Source: Takakia lepidozioides (Eukaryota > Plantae > Bryophyta). From it: a stretch of DNA of 64,000 nucleotides. The notes under the pieces are model-generated. The model made no database searches, was not told where the DNA came from, and saw nothing but the letters and a program-made list of their open reading frames with translations. A program made the position numbers and the translations under genes. The stretch is taken from the NCBI GenBank assembly GCA_030704615.1, contig CM060733.1, positions 66,588,001 through 66,652,000 of the forward strand. The letters are read 5' to 3'. Shown one piece after another: positions 25,638 to 37,739 of the stretch (positions are counted from its first letter, which is position 1; every line of letters begins with the position of its first letter).

Positions 25638-26868
25638 GTGGGGGCTTGTGATGGGACCAGGTGAGGATCCTCACCTACTTTGAAGTTTCTTGAGCATGCA
25701 GATTGGGATATGGGCTGAGGAGACCTAGGGTTGTGCGCGCTGTGAGGTGGCTGCTGCCTGCAGCCCCGATTTCAACCCAACTGCCCTTGACTTGATATGC
25801 TCCAGCCTGCATTCTGGCCTTTGTCGTTTTGCCGCCGATGCGCAGCTTGACCTGACGGGCTTGTTTCCTGAGGCTTGCATACAAACCATACCCTACCTTT
25901 TCTTCTTTGACAGCACAGCCTGTGGATTACTAAGCTAGGTTGTAAGTTATTTTGGCCAAAGAAGATCAGGTTTTTGGTGGTATGTTTCTGGCGGTTTTGG
26001 GTAACTATGGATCTGATGGCCTTGAAGTTGAAGGTGGCAGCCTGGTAGGGTACTGCCCTGCTCCTTGTCAGGCCTACTTATGATGTGTACTGGATCGTAG
26101 TAAGGTGTTCTTTGCATGTCTTAGCATGGAACTCCTGAAGGATGAGGATGGTAAGCTGCAATGGAATCCTACCTACTGTTTTGGATCTGTCATGACATCA
26201 GGCCTATGACCTGCCATCTGATTTTTATACAAAAGAGGCTGGATCTCGGCTGTTCATGCTGTTTGTTGGTACAAGTCTTGAACCTGCAATGTGACAGGCT
26301 GCATTCACATTCCCTTGATACCTTGTATGATCACATGTCTCGAGGTGAATACAAATGATATGGAATCTACTTCATCTAGATCAAGTTGGACTGCTTGGTG
26401 GGATACTTTTGGCCTTTTCATTCCTCCTCTATGGACTCTCATCCATACCGGATGAGTCACCATGGAAGAAAAGAATTACCTCTATGCAGGTTTTCAACAA
26501 CATCCTATTTTTCCATCCGTACCGGATGAAAAACTACCAGGGTGATAATTTTTCATTCCTCTTTTATTGACTCTTGTTATCCATACCGGATGGTCTGGTA
26601 AGGAATGATAGAATTATCTAGATGGAGGTAAGGCGCTGCCAAAGATGATATTCCCTACTTTTTCATCCTGACACAAGTGATCTGTTTATGGATGATGTGA
26701 TTATGACCTGGAATTGATCTTTACTACCCCTAATTATGATTAATTACGGTGGAAACCCTAACCCCTACCCCAAAACCTATTTTTAACCTTGCTACGGATG
26801 AAATCCGTCAGGGTATATGGATTCGTCCTACTGTTTTTCATCCACGGGTGAATAATCGGGGGACAACC
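25638..26868 (+). repeat. LTR-like long direct repeat, copy 1 (family C)
   Basis: 25638-26408 is near-identical to 36731-37499; starts gtgggggcttgtgatggg, ends near ggggacaac; no PBS recognised. Confidence 0.6.
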
Positions 26869-27013
26869 CTATGTCGACTCTCCCGCTGTCAGAAGCACGC
26901 GATGTGGTTCTGAGCTCGCGAGAGTGTGTTTTATGCGGGCGTGCTTCGGTGGCTGCCCCGTTTGTGGTGTCGTACCCATGCTGGACGAGCGCCTGGGGGG
27001 GCGCGAAGGCGGC

Positions 27014-29224
27014 TGTAGTGTGAAAAGAAGGGGCGTAAATCCCCTTCTGGGTGATTCTAATCTATACTCCTCCTCAGTTGAAGGCAAAGCAAAAGGAAGG
27101 AACGTTCTAGTGATCCAACCATCTTCACATGGCTGTGGATTTCCCTTAGTTCGTTCGTGATCAGAGTTCATGCAATCCTCATCCACGCCGCAGCGGAAGA
27201 GAAGACATGGATGGGGAGTTTTGAATTGTTCTTGGTCGGTTCTATTTTATACAACATCCTTGCCCTATGATCACAGCGCCAACAGTGCTGCCATGATCTT
27301 TTCTGTGATGCAACCAGCCCTATGACAGCGCTGAACACGACCCTTAATGTGAAGCTCCCTTGAGCAGTGACACGTCGGAAGCCCCCTTTTGTAATGGTGA
27401 CACAGATTTAGAGGGAGGCAGCTCAGATCTGCCATGAACTGCAGGGCCACTGGTCTCTTTCAGGGTTCATGTTTTCTTCATCTTATTTCCCCAAATTGGC
27501 CATCCCCATCAACCCCTTTACTGAGCAGCTCTCTCCCTTCCCAAATCCTTTTCTCTCTCTCTCTAATCTTGGTCTACAGGTTCCTCACTTCTTCAACAGT
27601 AGCATATCTACCATGCAATGCAATGCACAACTCAGCCAGGCATCCAGTGCACCCAGCCTTGAAATCATCCTCGGTCACACAAGGCATAACCATCCCATTC
27701 ATCAGTCTCTCTCTCTCTCTCTCTCTCTCTTGTCAATGACCAGCCCTTCACACTACCTTTTTCCAAAAAAGCCATTGCCCAAACAGCTCTCAGCCTTTCT
27801 ATAGGTTTCAACCAAATACCCCAACACCCTCTTTTCCCTTCAACTATGAACCTCAGTTGTTCATACCCTGAGACCATGCTGGAAACTAGTTCCAAAAAAC
27901 AAATCAGTGCCGGTGTTGCCTCCCCTTCCACATTATCCTTTCTCTATTTTCAACAGTTCTAACTAACCCTCACTGGTGTTTTCAATCAGCCAAGCTAGGC
28001 CTACATTGGTTCCAGTGTATCAATACCCAGGGCAGCATTGTGTGCAGGTTCATAACACTGAAACAGAGAACAAGAATGAAGATAAACAGTGACCATTCTG
28101 ATTCAGTGACAAGCAGTCTCTCCACCACCACTCATTTCCTACTGACACTATAACATCAGGTGCATCCATCCTTTCCCTATCCTGGTTTGAAGTTTCAGAG
28201 TCTCCATTCCATTCCAAAACCTTTTCCTCCATCACATATCTCTACCTCCTTCTCCTCTACATAGAGCCAGTCCTAAATCCACACCAAAACGATTTCTAAG
28301 TCACCACTCCCCCAAAAACCGAAGCCCAGTCTACGAACTTATCTGTTTTATCCTCCAGCGAAGCGGTGGATCTGCCTGCAAAGATGGCACCTCACCATCG
28401 CCTGTCAGCAGCCACTTCAACCTATTCTCCTTGTCTTGATTCCAGTATTTATCATGCCATGATGGCTCCTCTTCATCCTATGGAACATCATGTGGCTTGC
28501 CAACTAAATACTCTATCCTTCTATGCGTGCAATTCTTCCCTAAGAATTGATATGGTCCTATAGTAAGATGACACAAAAGCAGCTATAAGCTTTGATTACA
28601 GATAACCTGAGTTGCCATCCAGCCAGCACTTCACATGCCTCATCCCCTCCATTGATTGTGCCCACAACTCACTTCCTTGTGCTTCCGGCAGCTGGCCGTT
28701 TTCCTTGCTTGCTCATCTGCCCAAACTGTTTTCTTCAAGGCAATGGCGACAGCGGTGGTGCGCCGCTCTTCTTACATGCTCCTACTCCAGGAATTGATCA
28801 TCACTACGAGAGAAGCGGCACCGCTTTCCCTTACACAGAATACCAAGCAGAAGCACTTAATGCCGCTCTCAAAACCAAGCAGAGTCCCATAGCGTAGGTA
28901 CAACCTCCCACAAACAGACGGCCCTGACAACCCCACTGCTCGCAGCAGCTGCTAAGAGTTGCCCGTCATCTTCCTCTTCGTTTTCCTCAACCCGCGTTTC
29001 TAGGTTAAACACCTGGGATGAAAACGTTCATCCTACGGATGAAAAATACGCATGGTCATGACTTAGCCATTTTTATCCTGGCAAAGCATAAGCACAGTAT
29101 GCCCATGAAATTACCTGTGCAGGGATATATCCCTCCTGCAGTTCCCGTTGTAGTGATGCAGGGTCTTAACGGTAAGACAAAATGTAATGTCACTCCCCTG
29201 CATTCACACTACATATGTAGTGTG
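27014..29224 (-). repeat. 3' LTR of family-B element (including the palindrome next to the PPT)
   Basis: Near-identical to 34138-36367; (CT)n tract at ~27706-27730. Confidence 0.92.
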
Positions 29225-29235
29225 TCTCCCTTTTT
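29225..29235 (-). promoter_or_regulatory. Polypurine tract
   Basis: aaaaagggaga on the minus strand at the integrase stop codon. Confidence 0.8.
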
Positions 29236-32200
29236 AAGTGTCAGGGTCCTCACTGACCACCTTCACTGGCTGACCACCCACTGGTGGTATGAATGGTTTC
29301 AAATCCCGCCTACTTCTTACCCATTCCTTGTTTGCCCCATCTCTTAGCCTGCATCTGCGTGCAGCTTCCCCTGTCCTTGTGGTGTTTCCCGCATCTTTGT
29401 ACCCCAAAAAGTCATAGGGTCCCTCCCATGGAGATGTCATGGAAGACCTCTTTCCAGGCCTCAACATCATCACCTTGTTCTCTATCAACTTGCAGTAGCT
29501 GCGCCCTGCTTGATGTCTCCTTTCATAATCCCTTGCCTGCTGACGCTGCCCTTTCTTCACATTTTTCCGCAGCTTAGCCTTTATCTCTGATAGGAGCTGG
29601 ATTTTCTGCTGCATCATCAGTGTGACCTCTGCAACAGATCCCTCAAAATTTACTGCTGCTGTAAGAAAGTGCAACCTGTTATCGATCCCAAGTCTTGGAA
29701 TCCTACCAGTCAGCACTTGAAAAGGTGAGAATCCTGTTGAAGCATGAACACCCATTCTGTAACCAAACAAGGCTTTGTATAGGTTCTGATCCCACTCAGT
29801 GTCGTTTCCAACTCCCAAGGTGGTGATGCTCTGCTTGAGGGACTTAATCACCCTTTCCACCATTCCGTTACACTGAGGCCAGTAGGAGCGCTATGCTCTC
29901 TTTTTATACCATATTCGCGGCATGCATCTTCAAACTCACCTCCCCACTCGTGCCATTGTCAGTGAGCAATGTGTGGGGGCAGCTATACCTGTTAATGACT
30001 TCTTCCACTAGAAAGCGGGCAGTAAGTGCTGTTGTATGATCTGCCACTGGTGCAGCCTCTATCCATTTTGAGAAGTGATCTATTGCGACCAGAAAGTACT
30101 GATTGCCCCTGCTGGTTATGGGTAATGGCCCTGCTGTGTCAATTGCAACTCTGAAAAACAGATCCACAACTGGAATGCTGTGAAGTTTTGAGCTACCTGA
30201 GCGTAACACTCCGTTCTGTTTGGTCATCTGACATTCTCCACAGCCCTTGAGTACTTGCCTGATGAGTTTCGTTCTGTCATGCCAGAAATACCGTCGACAT
30301 ATCTCTTCTTGTGTTCTCCGGATTCCAAAATGGCCAGTGGCCTTATGCACTTCATTGATTATTGCCTCTCTGTCCCGTTCTTGGTGGAACTACCCTTCCC
30401 TCAAAGTAGACTTCCCCTTTGAGATAGGAGTACTACTTGCCCCCGCCTGCTGGCTCTCTTGCTTTCTTCCTTTGTCAAATAATCATTGACTTCTCCAAAA
30501 CACAAGAGATGCATAACTTCCACATCATCAAGTACATCAGGTTGCCTTTCCTCCTTAACAGCTGCTGTATGATTGTCAGAGCTGATGAGAGAGTCTTCCC
30601 CCCATCTTTCAGCTGCACGTAATAGTGACATCTGAGTAGCTTTGGTGGGTGTGCTCCATGGCACCCAGTCCCCTTTAACATCCTTGTTGCAAGAAGAAGT
30701 TTCTTGCCCTGAACAACGTGATCCATTACTGTCTGAAGAATAAAATGTCTTGGTGGAACACTCACCCCCCATGTGTCCTTCAGCTGGGCATTCTGATGAG
30801 GAGGTCACCCGAATTCTTCCTGTTGTCTCTGTGTATATAGAGTGTTGAAGGAATGGTGTTTCTAGTGAGCTTCCCTTTTCATTGTTTGATCGTTCTTCCA
30901 CAAGTTCACAGGCTGGCTGTACCTTGCTTAGCTCTGATCACGAGCATGAGATCCTCGGGTAATCACATGGATGGTGGGACAAGAGGACATCAGATCTGCC
31001 CCTTCTTTGTTGCTGATTGCAGGAACCTCCTTCCTTCCTGCACCCACATCTTTCCAAATACCTTCCCTTACCAGATTGACAGGGGTTGATTGATCAATGC
31101 CCTCTCCTTGGGTCTTGGTGGCAAAAGTCCGTGCAGCAAAAGTCACCTTCTTTCCTTCCCTATCTGGCATTACACCTGGTTTTAGTTCTCCTTTCAATAT
31201 ACCATGAGCCTTGGTCAACATCCCACCTGTGGAAGATCTATCTATTCAAGGAACGAACTCAAATGAAAAGTCACCAAGCAAGTCTATGCCTATGTGGTGT
31301 TCTGAGTATAGCCACCAATATGGATCCAGATCTGTTTCTAAAGAAAAATGACATCCCAACAGTGTCTTCTTGAAATACCAAAGACCCCATACACATGCAT
31401 AGTACTCCTCTCTCTTGCAAATCATCTCCCCCTTTTCACTGCTATACCCTACTTGCCTATGAGCTTCTTCTCTCAACTCCTTCTTACCCTCTTTAAATTG
31501 AAATAGAGAAGCATTGATGGCACCCCTATCCCACTCTAGTCTAAGAAGATAGGCTCCATCCCTCTTTCTCCCTTCCCTTTTCTGACTGTATAGAGAAGTA
31601 GAGTATATACCTCGATTTCCTCGGTTTCCTCAGCTTCCCCACTGGATACCTGCTTAGCGCATCTACGTTAGCATGCCTAGCACCCGCCCTATGAACAATT
31701 TTAAACTCAAAATCTTGTAACATCATGATCCATCTACCCCTGCGTCCATATGCGTCACTTACCGTTGCCAACCACTCCAGTGGTTTGTGATCAGTCCTGA
31801 TTACAAAAGGGGTTCCATACAGGTACTGCCTAAAGTGTAATACTCCCCACACCAAGGCATAGCATTCACCTCTTCCATAGGGTGAATTTTCGCTGAGCAT
31901 CAGATAGTACCTTACTAGCGTATGCAATGACCCTCTCCTTTTATACTCCTTTGTGACAAGACTGCCCCCACTCCTTTGATGGACCAGTCAACATCCAAGG
32001 ACGAAAGGCCTTGAAAAATCTGGCCTAGCCAGAATGGGAGCAGTCACCAGCTTCACTTGTAGGGCAGAAAAGGCGTTTGTGCCTCTGCACTCCAGATAAA
32101 CTTCACATCCTTCTTGGTTAGAGTGAACAAAGGTACTGCCACTCCAGCATACCCCTTGACATAGGGCCTATAATACCCTGTCATCCCCAAATAACTTTTG

Positions 32201-34084
32201 AGAGCAGTGTGTGGTTTTGGGCAAGGGAAACCTTTCAATTGCAGCTATCTTATCTAGATCAGGCCAGGTTCCTTCTTCAGAGATCACATGCCCAAGGAAT
32301 ACCAACTGCAAATTGGCAAAAATACACTTGTCCGGATTGAGCCTAAGATTGGCCCTTCTAAACCTTCATCAAGTACTCTCTTTATGTGCCCCACGTGATC
32401 TGCCCAGTCCTTGCTATGGATATTGACGTCATCTACAAAGACCTTGGCGCAATCTTTAATTTCTTCCTTAAGCACCCTATTCATTGTTCTTTGGAAAGTA
32501 GCAGTGGCATTTTTAAGCCAAAATGGAATGACCAGCCATTCATACAATCCCTTCTTGGTGATTACTGCTGTTTTGCTTATATCTCGGTCGTCCATCTTAA
32601 TCTGCCAAAAACCAGATTGTAATCCAGAGCAGAGAACCACTTGGCTTTCCCCAACTGGTCTGAATTAATGGCATAGGGTAAGAGTCCCTCCTAGTCAAGC
32701 GGTTCACCGGCCTGAAATCACCACAAAAACGCTTGGATCCATCCTTTTTGGTGGAAAGGTGACTGGACATGACATTCTGAACTACTTTCCTGCATCTTAC
32801 CTTGTGAGATCAAAGTCTCAATCTGTCTTTGTACCTCGTTTTCCTCCCACTCTGATAGGCGGTGGGACGACTTCTGCAAGGGGAAAACCTTGTGTATCAA
32901 TTGTATGTTCCACCTCACTGCAATAACCCAAGTCAGCTTTGCCAAGAGCAAAACATCCTGATTTTCTCTCAGCTCTTGCTCCAGTTCTATCCTATGTTCT
33001 GGGGCTAGCTCTGGATTGATGTGAAGTCTGGATTTCAGACTTCTCAACGACTCTCCATTTCTTCTTCATGGATGGGTTCCCAACTCTTTCCCTCCACCTG
33101 GTGTACAGAGTTAGCTACCCTCTGCCTTTCTTCCTGAGTCACAACCTGATTCCAATCATGGAAATCATCCTCCATTTCCACGTTGTTGTTCCCTAGTTCA
33201 CCATTCCAAGCTTTCTGGTAAGCTTCCTGTATGATAGAGGCAGCCATGCTACGAGGGTCTCTTCCTGAAGGAGTTCAGACATCCCTTGGTCTTCGAACAA
33301 ATCCTCCCCTAGGTTGAATTATCTATTATCTCCTCTACATTCTTCAGGGCTCTATCTACCTTTTCGTTCTTCCTCATATCCTCCCATCTCCTCATCTTTA
33401 TCAGATTCAGAGCTGTCAGAGTCTGGAGATCCTTCCTCCGTGTCCACAAACTCTTCCTCGGGCTTTCTTTCTTCTCACCTAGGTACTTCATCTGATGTCA
33501 GGGGTCAAGACATTTCCTGCTGACGTAGTGCTTGCATACCTTACTCTGCCCTCATCCCCTCTGTGGTAGGCTGTTCTGGTGACTGCAGGCTCATTATAAT
33601 TTATAGTGTGCAAAGGGAAGTGAGAAAAATCCTTTCCTGGCCCATAGCGTACACGAATCTTTCAGCTTCGGGTCAACTACCGCGCCAAACTTTTTGAGAA
33701 AGTCCAAGCCCAAAAGCATGTGATACGTTATCCGTGTTTACCACCATAAAGGACAAGCGATTGGTCAGCTCTCCTACTTTGACCTTCATGTCCTCAAGTC
33801 TGCCCATTGCAGTCTCAAGAGCACCTGAGGCTACTCTGTAATTTACAATCCTTATCAGTAACAACAGCCATCAGACCAAGATCCCTGACTGTACTTGCGG
33901 ATATTACAGAAAGCATGGCACCGGTGTCAATTTGGCCTATTCTCCAAGCAGGGTTGAAGAAGTACAAACAAGGGTCTACGTAGGCATTTGGTGAGCGTCG
34001 GCTGAAGCAAATCAGCACATCTCCAATGCTTGGTTCATCAGGAATCAAAGTATGGTCTATGCCTGCCATCAAACCATCCAACAC
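29234..34084 (-). pseudogene. pol: pol polyprotein (protease, RT, RNase H, integrase), frameshifted
   Basis: IDTGA protease; LQSGFWQI..KTAV..YEW.V.PF.LKNATATFQR..VFVDD RT; ECYALVWGV..TDHKPL RNase H; H..GH..C..C plus IDTAGP/TDNG/VERV integrase. Confidence 0.93.
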
Positions 34085-34125
34085 AAATCAAGATCCCTAG
34101 CTAGTAGATATCACGATTTAACGAA

Positions 34126-34138
34126 GCTCTTGATACCA
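34126..34138 (-). promoter_or_regulatory. Primer-binding site, tRNA-iMet
   Basis: TGGTATCA(A)GAGC on the minus strand. Confidence 0.88.
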
Positions 34139-34818
34139 AAAGAAGGGGCGTGAATCCCCTTGGGTGATTCTAATCTGTACTCCTCCTCGTTGAAGGCAAA
34201 GCAAAAGGAAGGAACGTTCTAGTGATCCAACCATCTTCACATGGCTGTGGATTTCCCTTAGTTCGTTCGTGATCAGAGTTCATGGCAATCCTCATCCACG
34301 CCGCAGCAGAGAGAAGACATGGATGGGGAGTTTTGAATTGTTATTGGTCTCGGTTCTATTTTTATAAAACATCCTGCCCTATGATCACAGCACCAACAGT
34401 GCTGCCATGATCTTCTGTGATGCAAACCAGCCCTATGACAGCGCTGAACACGACCCTTAATGTGAAGCTCCCTTGAGCAAGTGACAGGTCGGAAGCCCCC
34501 TTTTGTAATGGTGACACAGATTTAGAGGGAGGCAGCTCAGATCTGCCATGAACTGCAGGGCACTGGTCTCTTTCAGGGTTCATGTTTTCTTCATCTTATT
34601 TCCCCCCAAATGGCCATCCCCCATCAAACCCCCTTTTAATGAGCAGCTCTCTCCCTTCCCAAATCCTTTCTCTCTCTCTCTAATCTTGGTCTACAGGTTC
34701 CTCACTTCTTCACAGTAGCATATCTACCATGCAATGCAATGCACAACTCAGCCAGGCATCCAGTGCACCCAGCCTTGAAATCATCCTCGGTCACACAAGG
34801 CATAACCATCCCCATCAT

Positions 34819-34869
<51 letters not shown>

Positions 34870-36367
34870 CTCTTGTCAATGACCAGCCCTTCACACTACC
34901 TTTTTCCAAAAGAAGCCATTGCCCAAACAGCTCTCAGCCTTTCTATAGGTTTCAACCAAATACCCCAACAACCTCTTTTCCCTTCAACTATGAACCTCAG
35001 TTGTTCATACCCTAGACCATGCTGGAAACTAGTTCCAAAAGAAAAACAAATCAGTGCCGGTGTTGCCTCCCCTTCCACATTATCCTTTCTCTATTTTCAA
35101 CAGTTCTAACTAACCTCACTGGTTGTTTCAATCAGCCAAGCTAGGCCTACATTGGTTCCAGTGTATCAATACCCAGGGCAGCATTGTGTGCAGGTTCATA
35201 ACACTGAAACAGAGAACAAGAATGAAGATAAACAGTGACCATTCTGATTCAGTGACAAGCAGTCTCTCCACCACTCATTCTCCTACTGACACTATAACAT
35301 CAGGTGCATCCATCCTTTCCCTATCCTGGTTTGAAGTTTCAGAGTCTCCATTCCATTTCCAAAACCTTTTCCTCCATCACATATCTCTACCTCCTTCTCC
35401 TCTACATAGAGCCAGTCCTAAATCCACACCAAAACGATTTCTAAGTCACCATCCCCCAAAAACCGAAGTCCACAGTACAAACTTATCTGTTTTATCCTCC
35501 AGCGAAGCGGTGGATCTGCCTGCAAAGATGGCACCTCACCATCGCCTGTCAGCAGCCACTTCAACCTATTCTCCTTGTCTTGATTCCCAGTATTTATCAT
35601 GCCATGATGGCTCCTCTTCATCCTATGGAAAATCCTGTGGCTTGCCAACTAAATACTCTATCCTTCTATGCGTGCAATTCCCTAAGAATGATATGGTCCT
35701 ATAGTAAGATGACACAAAAAGCAACTATAAGCTTTGATTAACAGATAACTGAGTTGCCATCCAGCCAGCACTTCACATGCCTCATCCCCTCCATGATTGT
35801 GCCCACAACTCACTTCCTTGTGCTTCCGGCAGCTGGCCGTTTTCCTTGCTTGCTCATCTGCCCATAACTGTTTTCTTCAAGGCAATGGCGACAGCGGTGG
35901 TGCGCCGCTCTTCTTACATGCTCCTACTCCGGAATTGATCATCACTACGAGAGAAGCGGCACCGCTTTCCCTTACACAGAATACCAAGCAGAAGCACTTA
36001 ATGCCGCTCTCAAAACCAAGCAGAGTCCCATAGCGTAGGTACAACTCCCAAACCCACAGGCCCTGACAACCCCACTGCTCGCAGCAGCTGCTAAGAGTTG
36101 CCCGTCATCTTCCTCTTCGTTTTCCTCAACCCGCGTTTCTAGGTTAAACACCTGGGATGAAAACGTTCATCCTACGGATGAAAATACGCATGGTCATGAC
36201 TTAGCCATTTTTATCCTGGCAAAGCATAAGCACAGTATGCCCATGAAATTACCTGTATGCAGGGATATATCCCTCCTGCAGTTGTACAACGGGCACTCCC
36301 GTTGTAGTGATGCAGGGTCTTAACGGTAAGACAAAATGTAATGTCACTCCCTTGCATTCACACTACA
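34138..36367 (-). repeat. 5' LTR of family-B element
   Basis: Direct repeat of 27023-29213; lacks the inner CACACTACA end. Confidence 0.92.
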
Positions 36368-36730
36368 CGGCGCCTTGTCTCTCTTGCAGCGGGAAACACC
36401 GCTATGAAAGCAGTGGCATCTTCCCTCCTCTGGTTTTTTCTGTGCTTAGCAAGGATGCTTATGATGGGAAGTTCTCTCCCTCCTTTCTAGTGCCTTGCAA
36501 TTGTGCCTGCTTTGCTTCATTGCTTATGTGCTTTGTGGAGGCGGCTTGCTGCGGGTGGTGATGGCGCATAACCCTCTTCCCCAATCGCTTAAGGTGCCTT
36601 TGGAGTTTAGGGATTCTCATGTTCTTATCTCTTTCTCTTGCTTTTGAGTTTCTTAGTTGACATCGATGACAAGTGTGAGGGTCTGTGATTCACCTGGGGT
36701 TCCACAATCCTCACTAACCTGTTGGTTTTT

Positions 36731-37499
36731 GTGGGGGCTTGTGATGGGACCAGGTGAGGATCCTCACCTACTTTGAAGTTTCTTGAGCATGCAGATTGGG
36801 ATATGGGCTGAGGAGACCTAGGGTTGTGCGCGCTGTGAGGTGGCTGCTGCCTGCAGCCCCGATTTCAACCCAACTGCCCTTGACTTGATATGCTCCAGCC
36901 TGCGTTCTGGCCTTTGTCGTTTTGCCGCCGATGCGCAGCTCGACCTGACGGGCTTGTTTCCTGAGGCTTGCATACAAACCATACCCTACCTTTTCATCTT
37001 TGACAGCACAGCCTGTGGATTACTAAGCTAGGTTGTAAGTTATTTTGGCCAAAGAAGATCTGGTTTTTGGTGGTATGTTTTTGGCGGTTTTGGGTAACTA
37101 TGGATCTGATGGCTTGAAGTTTAAGGCGGCAGCCTGGTAGGGTACTGCCCTGCTCCTTGTCAGGCCTACTTATGAGTGTACTGGATCGTAGTAAGGTGTT
37201 CTTTTTGCATGTCTTAGCATGGAACTCCTGAAGGATGAGGATGGTAAGCTGTAATGGAATCCTACCTACTGTTTTGGATCTGTCATGACATCAGGCCTAT
37301 GACCTGCCATCTGATTTTTAATCAAAAAAGACTGGATCTCGGCTGTTCATGTTGTTTGTTGGTACAAGTCTTGAATCTGCAATGTGACAGGCTGCATTCA
37401 CATTCCCTTGATACCTTGTATGATCACATGTCTCGGGGTGAATACAAATGATATGGAATCTACTTCATCTGGATCAAGTTGGACTGCTGGTGGGATACT
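36731..37499 (+). repeat. LTR-like direct repeat, copy 2 (truncated)
   Basis: Matches 25638-26408; similarity stops at tgggatact. Confidence 0.65.
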
Positions 37500-37739
37500 G
37501 AGATTCTGACAAAATGCAGGCTGGTCCTTATGCCTTGGCTGATGCATGACCTGCCATAATTAATGGCTGAATTGGAAGCTGCTGGTATATGTATAGGCTG
37601 AACCAAGAGGCCTTGCAGCATGCACAGGGACAACATATCTTATCTTGTCCCACACAAGAACAAACCCCGCCCTCCCACCCTGTTTTGTCTTGGATGATTG
37701 GGTGGTGTCTTTTGGGATGATTTGACAAGACTGGAAATG

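Larger units (their letters stand above)
27014..36367 (-). mobile_element. Ty3/Gypsy LTR retrotransposon (family B), 2.2-kb LTRs, 4-bp TSD CGGC
   Basis: Termini tgtagtgtgaa...ttcacactaca; cggc at 27010-27013 and 36368-36371; PR-RT-RH-INT order on the minus strand; iMet PBS; PPT. Confidence 0.93.

Noticed and set aside
27434-29347. Plus-strand short ORFs in family-B LTRs as genes
   Set aside because: Frames are not conserved between the two LTRs and no domain is recognisable
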